IMG/VR virus record: IMGVR_UViG_3300027808_000017
Location: 64,001 to 80,133 of that record
Length of the DNA: 16,133 nt
From: a virus
Taxonomy: Duplodnaviria > Heunggongvirae > Uroviricota > Caudoviricetes
Reading direction: 5' to 3' (one strand)
The number at the start of each line of letters is the position of its first letter. The stretch's first letter is position 1. Shown here piece by piece: positions 6,715 to 13,923 of the stretch. Under the pieces are notes generated by a model. That model did no database searches. It was not told the DNA's origin and worked only from the letters and a program-made list of their open reading frames with translations. Position numbers and translations under genes: made by a program.

Positions 6715-6742
6715 AGTATGTTCCTTGACATACTATATTTAT
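6713..6742 (-). promoter_or_regulatory. Late-promoter-like ATAAATA adjoining an RBS/start-occluding hairpin
   Basis: Minus strand ATAAAT-ATAGTATG-TCAAGGAA-CATACTAT-G; the 8-bp stem encloses the RBS and includes the AT of the ATG. Confidence 0.55.
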
Positions 6743-6748
6743 GATTCT

Positions 6749-6822
6749 TGGTGGAGGATGGGAGAATCGAACTCCCACGAAGACCTTGCAAAGGTCCCAG
6801 GCTCCCATTACATCAATCCCCC
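6749..6822 (-). tRNA. tRNA-Cys(GCA), atypical A73
   Basis: GGGGGAT/ATCCTCC acceptor, loop TT-GCA-A, 3' end ACCA. Confidence 0.88.
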
Positions 6823-7066
6823 AAATCATATCGTATATACGGCGTAGACGTTACATGGTTATAGTCAAACTGTAATCTATAGCACAATCTATCAGTAATT
6901 CCACCTAATCGCTTATGTAAGGTGATACTGTTATCAAACAACAATAAATCAGTATCATTTTCATACCAGTGTTCGTGCGTGTGTATTCTTCAATAAATAA
7001 TTCTTTTTTGATTCTTTCCAAAAGTTTTTCAGATTCAAAGTCACTCATTCCCTCAATTTTATCAAT
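6813..7066 (-). pseudogene. Truncated, frameshifted TauD/TfdA-like dioxygenase C-terminal remnant
   Basis: Frame 1 reads NSIDKIEGMSDFESEKLLERIKKELFIEEYT. After a 2-nt shift in the AC run (~6979-6984) it reads HEHWYENDTDLLLFDNSITLHKRLGGITDRLCYRLQFDY, matching the TauD HxW...DN...H.R...R C-terminus. Confidence 0.7.
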
Positions 7067-7611
7067 ACTATTTCTTTTAAAATTTCTAAATTATCAGGAT
7101 TAAAAATATTAGGTTTATGTGTATAATCGTATTCTACGTGAAAGTCTAAAATACTTTTATTAAATGTTCGTGTTAAGAAATCTCCTATATATAAATTCAT
7201 TCCTATGAACAAATCTATATCTTTGGTGGTAATGTTAAATCTAGTTGGTCCATTAAACATTAAATGTTCATAAATGAAAGTTGTACCTTCATTAATACTA
7301 ATATCAAACGGGACAATTTTAACTGTTTCATTTTCAATAACAGCGACTGGTGATTCAATTGGTTGAACAAAAGTTGCTGTTCCTTCTGTACTATTAATTA
7401 GTGCAGGATACGTAGCAGTACAATTAGTTAGAGTAACACTACCACTTTGAACACTAATTACGATATTGTAACTACCATGCAACTTTGTATTAGTAATAAA
7501 AGAAAACAATTCATCTTGACCATTGTCAACAATCTGACCATTTACCGTAACTGTGTAATTAGTATCGGGAGTTTTACTACCATACATTCGTAATGTTCTA
7601 TGAGAATCCAT
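7045..7611 (-). CDS. Hypothetical beta-rich protein (188 aa)
   Basis: Start at MDSHR (7611) after AGGA; the longer ORF begins inside tRNA-Leu. No family recognised. Confidence 0.75.
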   Translation of the reverse strand: MDSHRTLRMYGSKTPDTNYTVTVNGQIVDNGQDELFSFITNTKLHGSYNIVISVQSGSVTLTNCTATYPALINSTEGTATFVQPIESPVAVIENETVKIVPFDISINEGTTFIYEHLMFNGPTRFNITTKDIDLFIGMNLYIGDFLTRTFNKSILDFHVEYDYTHKPNIFNPDNLEILKEIVLIKLRE

Positions 7612-7625
7612 GCTATTCCTTAATT

Positions 7626-7709
7626 TGGTGCCCCAGGTCGGACTCGAACCGACACGCCTTTCGGCACTGGCTTCTAAGACCAGCGTGGCTACCATTACAC
7701 CACCGGGGC
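7626..7709 (-). tRNA. tRNA-Leu(TAG)
   Basis: Long variable arm, loop CT-TAG-AA, A73, CCA. Confidence 0.95.
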
Positions 7710-7718
7710 AAACATTCT

Positions 7719-7804
7719 TGGTGCGAGTGGCCGGAGTCGAACCGGCACACCATTATGATATCAGATTTTAAGTCTGAGGCGTCTACCTATTTCGCCACAC
7801 TCGC
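7719..7804 (-). tRNA. tRNA-Leu(TAA)
   Basis: Long variable arm, loop CT-TAA-AA, CCA. Confidence 0.95.
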
Positions 7805-7811
7805 AAAATTT

Positions 7812-7885
7812 TGGAGCGGGGTAGGAGAATCGAACTCCTCGCTTTAGATTGGAAATCTAAGGTATTACCACTATACGAACCCCGC
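7812..7885 (-). tRNA. tRNA-Gly(TCC)
   Basis: GCGGGGT/ACCCCGC acceptor, loop TT-TCC-AA, U73, CCA. Confidence 0.95.
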
Positions 7886-7897
7886 ATAAATACTACT

Positions 7898-8062
7898 ATG
7901 CACACGTATGACGCTATCACTGATTCAGGATTATTAATCCATCTTTCAATGAGTAACGATTCCATCTGTTACATCATCGTGCATAATATTTACTCTCACA
8001 AAACTAGAATGAAATACTTTACTGATACTGAATCAGCTATTTACTTCATACATTCATTATAA
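7898..8062 (+). CDS. Possible small plus-strand protein (54 aa)
   Basis: MHTYDAITDSG...FIHSL fills the gap between tRNA-Gly and the radical SAM stop. ATAAATA at 7886-7892 lies just upstream; no SD sequence. Confidence 0.45.
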   Translation: MHTYDAITDSGLLIHLSMSNDSICYIIVHNIYSHKTRMKYFTDTESAIYFIHSL

Positions 8063-9025
8063 TTTCCTTTTACTTATAATTATATCAGTAGAGCAATGAC
8101 AATCCTTCTGTACGCATATTTCGGGTTCAGTAGGCCATTCTATTTGTTCTGGATAATTTATATTACCTATTATTCTAGTAGGTGTTCCTTGTTTACAATT
8201 GGCACGTTGTATGTCACCATCCCAATGTACAAACAAACTTTCTAATCCTATATCACACTGCCACCCATAAAAGTTATTAAGACCTGTGTTAATTATATCA
8301 ATCTCCGGAACATTATATTCATTAGTATTGTCATCCCAGTAATACCGAGCTGACATTGCTACTCCCTTTTTTTGAATCAGTCTTGGATTCAGTAACCAAT
8401 ACATAAATCCTGAATTTTTTTGGGGATGATCTAATATCCATTGATTTTGCTCAGGTGTATAATTTCTACCTAATGAATTACCAACACCCCAGTCTTGCAG
8501 TTGTACTGCCTCTACACCTACTCCAGTTGTTTTTGAATCAAAAGCATGATATGTTTCTACACACTTTTCCCAATATCTATTATCCATCATAACACGTACA
8601 CTAGTGTGTGTATGTTTGATGGTTGCAAATACTTTCTCTTTGAAAGCAGGATCCTCAAAACTAGGATGAAAGCTAAAACACATACCATTGACATATTGAG
8701 CTATGTCCTCATAATATCTAGGTGTTCTTACCCCATTTGTAGTTATAGAAATAGTATGGCCGGCATTATAAAATATCTTAATCAATTCAGGTAGATGTGG
8801 ACTCAATGTAGGCTCACCGCCGGCAATACTGAGATGTATTTTTTCATGTCTACCTATCAATTCATAAACAAATCTTTTAGCATTTTCCCAATCATAGTGG
8901 TGATTTTTTCCATTATGCAATCCTTCAGGACAGTAACTACATGCATTGGTACATATGTTATTGATTATCCAAGTTAATTGCATGACTTTAGGAGTTTGTG
9001 TAATAGCGATTAACTTGCGTGTCAT
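8057..9025 (-). CDS. Radical SAM protein with Cys-rich C-terminal (SPASM/twitch-like) extension
   Basis: CTNACSYC (CxxxCxxC), GGEP, and C-terminal C..G...DGDI..ANC...C..C.C. Start at MTRK (9025) gives an ATGA overlap. Confidence 0.9.
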   Translation of the reverse strand: MTRKLIAITQTPKVMQLTWIINNICTNACSYCPEGLHNGKNHHYDWENAKRFVYELIGRHEKIHLSIAGGEPTLSPHLPELIKIFYNAGHTISITTNGVRTPRYYEDIAQYVNGMCFSFHPSFEDPAFKEKVFATIKHTHTSVRVMMDNRYWEKCVETYHAFDSKTTGVGVEAVQLQDWGVGNSLGRNYTPEQNQWILDHPQKNSGFMYWLLNPRLIQKKGVAMSARYYWDDNTNEYNVPEIDIINTGLNNFYGWQCDIGLESLFVHWDGDIQRANCKQGTPTRIIGNINYPEQIEWPTEPEICVQKDCHCSTDIIISKRKL

Positions 9026-10377
9026 AGTATATCCTTTACAGCTCCACATCGTTCTCTATTCCAAACATCATCAAGTGTTAATTGAATCTCTGGATTAATA
9101 ATGTAAAGTTGCGCTAATATTTTCTGTTGTTGTGCGTGACAAAAATCATGTCCAAATATCATTTGTCCTGCATCGGTGCTGAATATATTACTTAAATTCA
9201 TCCAAACCTTATCATATTCTTGAATGATATCCAATAGAGGAATAGCGTCTTTGTAAAGATCAACTTGTAAGAATTTTACATGTCGTTGTTTAAAATCTTG
9301 CCAATAATGTATAAAGTTTTCTTCACTTCCAAAATGTCGAAATATTTCATTCATTCCATTTTGAAAACCCTGATCCTCTATATATTCTGAACTATGTCGT
9401 CCTATCCATGTAAAATGATTACGTTCAGGGAAGGCTCTAATACAAGACAATATATCATTGTTAGTCCAAGTATACATGTGTTGATACCAACGTAATGCAA
9501 TAGGATTAAAATCATACACCACTATCATTGCATCAGTAGTTAATCTTTGTGGGTGTTTGAACATATCAAACAACTTAAAACCACTCGCAGTATTAATAAC
9601 TAAATCAAATATTCCCTTACTACGAATGTTCATTTCTTCTGAATTGAATAACCATATTTGATCTTTAACTGCAATGCTATCTTCAATCCATTTATTTTGA
9701 TTCCAATTTTGTTCTAAGAATGGAGTCAATGTTTCAATACTTTGTAAGAATTTGTCTGTGTTATCATCCGGATAAGTATAAAATTTACTCAGTCTTATTG
9801 TTTCTGATAATGCAATCACAGGCCAGTTGTTTTGCATCAATGCTAAGGTTAATTTCCACCCTGGACTTAACTGCATCTGTTCTGAAAATATTCTAGTAGG
9901 TCTTACCCATAATGGAGTATAATCGTGATGAAAATTTTCTTCACTACGTTCAATCACCGGTAACAATTTAGGACCTCTTTCCCAATCTCCAAATTCAGGT
10001 CTACCAACTTCTACCCAGGCTTTAATATTTACAATAAAGAATTGATAGTGTAGCTCTAACCAGTGATTTGGATGACATAGAGGATGACCTGCAACACCAA
10101 ATGTATTTTCAGAAATAAACTGATCAAGGTCATTGACAAAATTAAAATTACGTATTTGACAACCTGCGGCAACAACTACACAATAATCAAATTGTTCAAT
10201 CGATGCTTGTTCTAATATTTCACGTATCTCATCCTTGCAAATAATTCTCAAGGGAGATGGTTGAACATTACTAAGTCTTTCAAGATAAAAAAGAGTTGCC
10301 CCTTTAGCCCTAAGATACATCTTAGTATTATTAATTTGTTTACGTTGGTTATAAACCCCATACATAATTCTATGCAT
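9022..10377 (-). CDS. Uncharacterised 451-aa protein, possibly two-domain (GT-like N-terminus, Rossmann/MTase-like C-terminus)
   Basis: Long ORF overlapping both neighbours. DYCVVVAAG and DLVINTASG..VVYDFN segments are only suggestive of the folds. Confidence 0.6.
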   Translation of the reverse strand: MHRIMYGVYNQRKQINNTKMYLRAKGATLFYLERLSNVQPSPLRIICKDEIREILEQASIEQFDYCVVVAAGCQIRNFNFVNDLDQFISENTFGVAGHPLCHPNHWLELHYQFFIVNIKAWVEVGRPEFGDWERGPKLLPVIERSEENFHHDYTPLWVRPTRIFSEQMQLSPGWKLTLALMQNNWPVIALSETIRLSKFYTYPDDNTDKFLQSIETLTPFLEQNWNQNKWIEDSIAVKDQIWLFNSEEMNIRSKGIFDLVINTASGFKLFDMFKHPQRLTTDAMIVVYDFNPIALRWYQHMYTWTNNDILSCIRAFPERNHFTWIGRHSSEYIEDQGFQNGMNEIFRHFGSEENFIHYWQDFKQRHVKFLQVDLYKDAIPLLDIIQEYDKVWMNLSNIFSTDAGQMIFGHDFCHAQQQKILAQLYIINPEIQLTLDDVWNRERCGAVKDIL

Positions 10378-11047
10378 GGTTAAACCTTTCAATTGCCTGA
10401 CGCTTTAATCTTTCTTCACCTGATCCATGTACAATGAAATGGTATCGATGTTCATCTGATTGATTCCAGACCATGTGTTCATTTCCTATATCTAGCATAA
10501 AGCCATGACCTTGTTTAAAAGGTACACGACCCCATTTACGAAAATAAAACTCACAATTGTCAGGATTATTAATAGCGATGTTCAATGGTCCAAACATTCT
10601 TCCAACGCCATCATTATGTGGCATTATATACCCACTCGCATGTAATTTCATAATGCGTACACGCTCATAGGTTTGATAACCCAAAGACTTAATAAATTCG
10701 GTGCATGTAGGGAAGTACTCACATGCGTCTGTCCAATGATAATTAGCTTCTTCTACAGTTTTATAACCATATTGTTCATAATTTTCTGTAGCTGTTGGAC
10801 TAATTCCATGCAATGTAATTGCCGCCCAACCCTCATGATTGTAACTATACTGACGATCCTTTTGTCTATGTCCCACAAACATGTGGTCATTATCAATACA
10901 TTCTTTATGCATTTTTTTAAAATCTACTGAGAATGTTATAGGAAACCACGGCCAATCTGACCTGTCTAAACTAGTCGGCGCAGGTATTGTAGGTTGCCAT
11001 TGGTTTGTTAAACTTTCTTTAATGAATTCGTTTAAAATTTCTTTCAT
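10370..11047 (-). CDS. 2OG-Fe(II) oxygenase, Asp/Asn beta-hydroxylase-like
   Basis: RVRIMKL..GYIMPHNDG (HxD), distal H in NEHMVWN and R in HRYHFIVHG. Confidence 0.85.
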   Translation of the reverse strand: MKEILNEFIKESLTNQWQPTIPAPTSLDRSDWPWFPITFSVDFKKMHKECIDNDHMFVGHRQKDRQYSYNHEGWAAITLHGISPTATENYEQYGYKTVEEANYHWTDACEYFPTCTEFIKSLGYQTYERVRIMKLHASGYIMPHNDGVGRMFGPLNIAINNPDNCEFYFRKWGRVPFKQGHGFMLDIGNEHMVWNQSDEHRYHFIVHGSGEERLKRQAIERFNHA

Positions 11048-11982
11048 ATTATTTCTATATCAATAGCACGTTTAATCTTAGAAAATACTTCCAGATTCCA
11101 AGATTTTCTAAGTTCGCTGTGGGGGACTAACCAATCTTCCTTATTAGGATGAAAATTTAAAAATGTCTCATCAAGGGCTATTACACCTAAATAATATCTA
11201 CCTAAAGCTAATTCTAATAAATTATCTATTGGTATCTTAGATTGTAATTCGGATGATTGCTTAATGTACCATTTCCAAAACTGTCTTTCTGTACTTTTAT
11301 GAGCATTACCAGATGAGTCGCCGAAATTCAACCAGGCTTCAGAACAGAATGTTTCTTGAACCTTAATCATATTATTAGTAATTACTCTTGTGTCATCATC
11401 TTCCATGACATGTTGCCAATCTTTACCTAAAGTATTATATCCTAAGTATAACTGACCCCAAGTAAAATCTGTATCTAAAAATAACTTGTCAGTGGGTGTT
11501 ACTGGCTCTCCCCTTTCAAAGGGTTCATATTGAACCAAACAACTAAACTGAGGGAAGGGACCAGTGTCAATAGCTGTTTCTAAAATATGTATGTACTCAT
11601 TCAATTTTAGCCATGTATGATGAAATTCTTCTCCGGGAAATAGATTAGAGTCTTTTCCCTGACGTTCGCCATATAATTCAAATTCTTCATGCAAATGATT
11701 CAAAGTGTTTGCGTTTATTTCAGCAGTGCTAGTGTAAATCGGTAATTGCTTGTCATAATAACTATTAATCTTATCAATTATTTCATTAATAATTGACATC
11801 AATAATTCTAGATCCGTTAAAGTTTTGTTACTAATCTTTAACTCTAACGAATCATTTGTAGCCTTACGGCGGTCTACAATTGATATCCATCTGTCTAATA
11901 AACTAGTATAAGGTAGATGATACTGTAATTTTAAATGTTCACCACTTTCCAATTCAAAATGAAATATTGCAATTCTATTCAT
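11044..11982 (-). CDS. Uncharacterised 312-aa protein, first gene of the cassette
   Basis: Long ORF with an ATGA overlap to the oxygenase; no function recognised. Confidence 0.75.
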   Translation of the reverse strand: MNRIAIFHFELESGEHLKLQYHLPYTSLLDRWISIVDRRKATNDSLELKISNKTLTDLELLMSIINEIIDKINSYYDKQLPIYTSTAEINANTLNHLHEEFELYGERQGKDSNLFPGEEFHHTWLKLNEYIHILETAIDTGPFPQFSCLVQYEPFERGEPVTPTDKLFLDTDFTWGQLYLGYNTLGKDWQHVMEDDDTRVITNNMIKVQETFCSEAWLNFGDSSGNAHKSTERQFWKWYIKQSSELQSKIPIDNLLELALGRYYLGVIALDETFLNFHPNKEDWLVPHSELRKSWNLEVFSKIKRAIDIEII

Positions 11983-12023
11983 ATAGTCACTTCCCGCTAA
12001 TATAAATCCATAATTTTAAAATT

Positions 12024-12100
12024 TGGTACGCCGAGTAGGACTTGAACCTACGACCAATGGATTATGAGTCCACTGCTCTGACCAACTGAGCTATCAGCGT
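12024..12100 (-). tRNA. tRNA-Ile2(CAT) (lysidine type; elongator Met not excluded)
   Basis: Loop CT-CAT-AA. The body AGAGCAG..GACTCATAATC..TTGGTCG..GGTTCAAGTCC closely resembles enterobacterial tRNA-Ile2. Confidence 0.8.
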
Positions 12101-12108
12101 ATGTACAT

Positions 12109-12137
12109 AGTATATAGCACTTGCTACATAGTGTCAA
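12109..12137 (-). promoter_or_regulatory. sigma70-type promoter
   Basis: TTGACA (12137-12132), 17 nt, TATACT (12114-12109); the spacer contains the palindrome TAGCA-AG-TGCTA. Confidence 0.8.
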
Positions 12138-12143
12138 ACTATT

Positions 12144-12235
12144 TGGTACCCCCGATGAGAATCGAACTCATGTGAACCAATTATCTGTTGCTTACGGGAT
12201 ATAAATCCGCCGTTTTACCATTAAACTACAGGGGC
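12144..12235 (-). tRNA. Atypical tRNA with TAT anticodon and ~22-nt variable region
   Basis: GCCCCTG/CGGGGGT acceptor, normal D and T arms, CCA. Anticodon loop TT-TAT-AT with an A-C mismatch closing it. Confidence 0.65.
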
Positions 12236-12250
12236 ATTAATAAATACTAT

Positions 12251-12496
12251 ATGATTCCATTTGAACATAGACAAACAGTAGAAATCTTTTACAAATTATT
12301 CAGTAAAGATCCATATGATCCTAAACAACTATCTTGGGTGCTTCCTAATGACTTTGTACTAGATCCAGTGTTACAAGTAACGCCTAAAACAGAATCAATA
12401 GTAAAAGTTCATATAGAAAACAAAGAATTCATACCTAATTACATTGTAGAAGAAAAGCCTTTCATTCTATCAGGTACTGAATTCAATAACTTATAA
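12251..12496 (+). CDS. Possible plus-strand protein (81 aa)
   Basis: MIPFEHRQ...EFNNL exactly fills the gap between two minus-strand tRNAs. ATAAATA at 12240-12246 precedes the ATG. Confidence 0.6.
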   Translation: MIPFEHRQTVEIFYKLFSKDPYDPKQLSWVLPNDFVLDPVLQVTPKTESIVKVHIENKEFIPNYIVEEKPFILSGTEFNNL

Positions 12497-12497
12497 T

Positions 12498-12571
12498 TGG
12501 CGACCCACCAGGGACTTGAACCCCGACCAACGGTTTTGGAGACCGCTATGCTGCCATTACACCAGCGAGCC
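12498..12571 (-). tRNA. tRNA-Trp(CCA)
   Basis: Loop CT-CCA-AA, G73, CCA; three G-U pairs in the acceptor stem. Confidence 0.92.
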
Positions 12572-12581
12572 ATTGATTGAA

Positions 12582-12813
12582 TTTGTAAGCCTACGCCGCT
12601 TTTATCGTAGATTTATTCAGGACTTACCGGCCGCCTAGCCTGACCTCGCTCGCTGCGCTCACGATGGATATCACTTGGGATCCATCCAGCGTAGTCTCCT
12701 TTACAGACCCTTGCAGTTCCCCGCAGGGTGGGAGTTGAACCCATTTGCCTTTTACTGTTTTGGTCCTTCGAAGAAACCTAGACAGCGTGACTTCACTTGC
12801 TGACGCTTACAAA
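12582..12813 (-). ncRNA. ~230-nt structured RNA with a T-arm, manA-motif-like
   Basis: Closing stem TTTGTAAGC/GCTTACAAA; GCGT-CAGCAAG...ACGC-TG; T-arm ATGGG-TTCAACT-CCCAC; helices GATGGAT/ATCCATC, CGCTG/CAGCG and CTACG/CGTAG. The manA resemblance is from memory. Confidence 0.7.
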
Positions 12814-12816
12814 ACT

Positions 12817-12902
12817 TGGTGGAGACGGTTGGACTTGAACCAACAATGCCGCGAGGCGGAAGATTTACAGTCTTCTGGGGTTACCAATTTTCCTACATCT
12901 CC
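12817..12902 (-). tRNA. tRNA-Tyr(GTA)
   Basis: Long variable arm, loop CT-GTA-AA, CCA. Confidence 0.95.
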
Positions 12903-12914
12903 AAAATTTTCATA

Positions 12915-13036
12915 CCATATAGAAACATTTTTGATATCAGTCTAATGCTGGCACATCAGGCCTTTCGCCCCTGCCAGGGGACCGAACAGAGCACCGCGAG
13001 TTGGCGATGATGCCCGTCAAAAATGCTTTTATATAG
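12915..13036 (-). ncRNA. Long-terminal-stem element B
   Basis: CTATATAAAAGCATTTTTGA pairs with TCAAAAATGTTTCTATATGG (20 bp, two G-U, one mismatch). GC-rich interior with CCCCT/AGGGG. Confidence 0.6.
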
Positions 13037-13180
13037 CTACCATATAAAAACACACTGCCGATCATGGCACCGTTGTCCGTGCCTTACTCTAGCCATATAC
13101 TATCCTGTTAAGCTATTAAGATAATACCAGTAATTGAGGCTTCAATCAATACAACTAAACAGTGTGTTTTTATATGGTAG
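13037..13180 (-). ncRNA. Long-terminal-stem element C
   Basis: Perfect 21-bp inverted repeat, 13037-13057 with 13160-13180. One arm includes the CTACCA 3' end of tRNA-Lys. Confidence 0.6.
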
Positions 13181-13250
13181 GACCGGGGAGGTTCGAACTC
13201 CCGACAAATGGATTAAAAGTCCACTGCTCTACCAACTGAGCTACGATCCC
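13175..13250 (-). tRNA. tRNA-Lys(TTT)
   Basis: Loop CT-TTT-AA, CCA. Confidence 0.95.
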
Positions 13251-13256
13251 ATGAAT

Positions 13257-13331
13257 TGGTCCCTCCACACAGATTCGAACTGTGACTTCTCGGATTAAGA
13301 GTCCGGTATGCTACCGTAACATCTTGAAGGG
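13257..13331 (-). tRNA. tRNA-Lys(CTT)
   Basis: CCCTTCA/TGGAGGG acceptor, loop CT-CTT-AA, CCA. Confidence 0.9.
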
Positions 13332-13358
13332 ATAGTACGTATTAGATTGTCTTTTACG

Positions 13359-13430
13359 TGCCATCCCTAGACCTACATGGAATCTAGTGATGACACTATC
13401 GTTTCATTGAACGTTTCATGTCATTTCCTT
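13359..13430 (-). other. RBS plus 7-codon micro-ORF (MKRSMKR) followed by a long hairpin
   Basis: AAGGAA-5 nt-ATG (13419) to TAG (13396), then TGTCATC-A-CTAGA...TCTAG-G-GATGGCA. Confidence 0.4.
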
Positions 13431-13433
13431 TTG

Positions 13434-13814
13434 TTAAACTTTTTCGTAACCTAGGTCTACGTTTTCGCTGTAGTACCCATTGCTTTCACCTAGCCATCGT
13501 ACATCTACATACCCTTTGCGAGTAGCAAACTTATAAAATGTCCAAGTTACTGATTCGTGATATTCATCTTCAAATCCAACCGGAGATTCTCCGGATACTT
13601 CTTCTGCTACTAATAGAGGTTCCCCTACTAGGTCAGACAAATCACCTACGATATCATTGATGCTAACTGATTCGCAACAATCTTGTGAGTGAAAGAAAAC
13701 ATAACGGTCGTTATCATTTTCAAACACCATAGTGCCACCAGTTTCTGTAACTGAAGTAAACACTTTACCCACCATGTCTACTAACTTAGCAGATGAGTCA
13801 TAATCGTAATACAT
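13434..13814 (-). CDS. Hypothetical acidic phage-type protein (126 aa)
   Basis: QDCCESV, TWTFYK and RWLGESNGYYSE motifs; AAGGA RBS. Confidence 0.8.
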   Translation of the reverse strand: MYYDYDSSAKLVDMVGKVFTSVTETGGTMVFENDNDRYVFFHSQDCCESVSINDIVGDLSDLVGEPLLVAEEVSGESPVGFEDEYHESVTWTFYKFATRKGYVDVRWLGESNGYYSENVDLGYEKV

Positions 13815-13838
13815 TACATTTCCTTTCTTTTTAAAATT

Positions 13839-13916
13839 TGGAGTGACGGGTCAGATTTGAACTGACGGTTTTTCGGATTTGCAATCCGATGCAATGGGCC
13901 GCTCTGCCACCGTCAC
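13839..13916 (-). tRNA. tRNA-Cys(GCA), canonical U73
   Basis: GTGACGG/CCGTCAC acceptor, loop TT-GCA-AA, TCCA end. Confidence 0.93.
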
Positions 13917-13923
13917 GTAAATA

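Noticed and set aside
6993-6999. Plus-strand ATAAATA
   Set aside because: It lies inside the AT-rich pseudogene with no adjacent plus-strand ORF start; likely chance.
8546-11066. Plus-strand ORFs 8546-8794, 8795-8977, 10673-10930 and 10881-11066
   Set aside because: Antisense shadows of the enzyme cassette.
12144-12235. Intron in the TAT tRNA
   Set aside because: The extra segment lies 3' of the anticodon arm, is about 20 nt, and shows no group I core or bulge-helix-bulge.
12945-12975. CGAAA and CTGATG words in element B suggesting a hammerhead ribozyme
   Set aside because: The core reads CTGATGT rather than CTGANGA, and the helix order and spacing do not fit.
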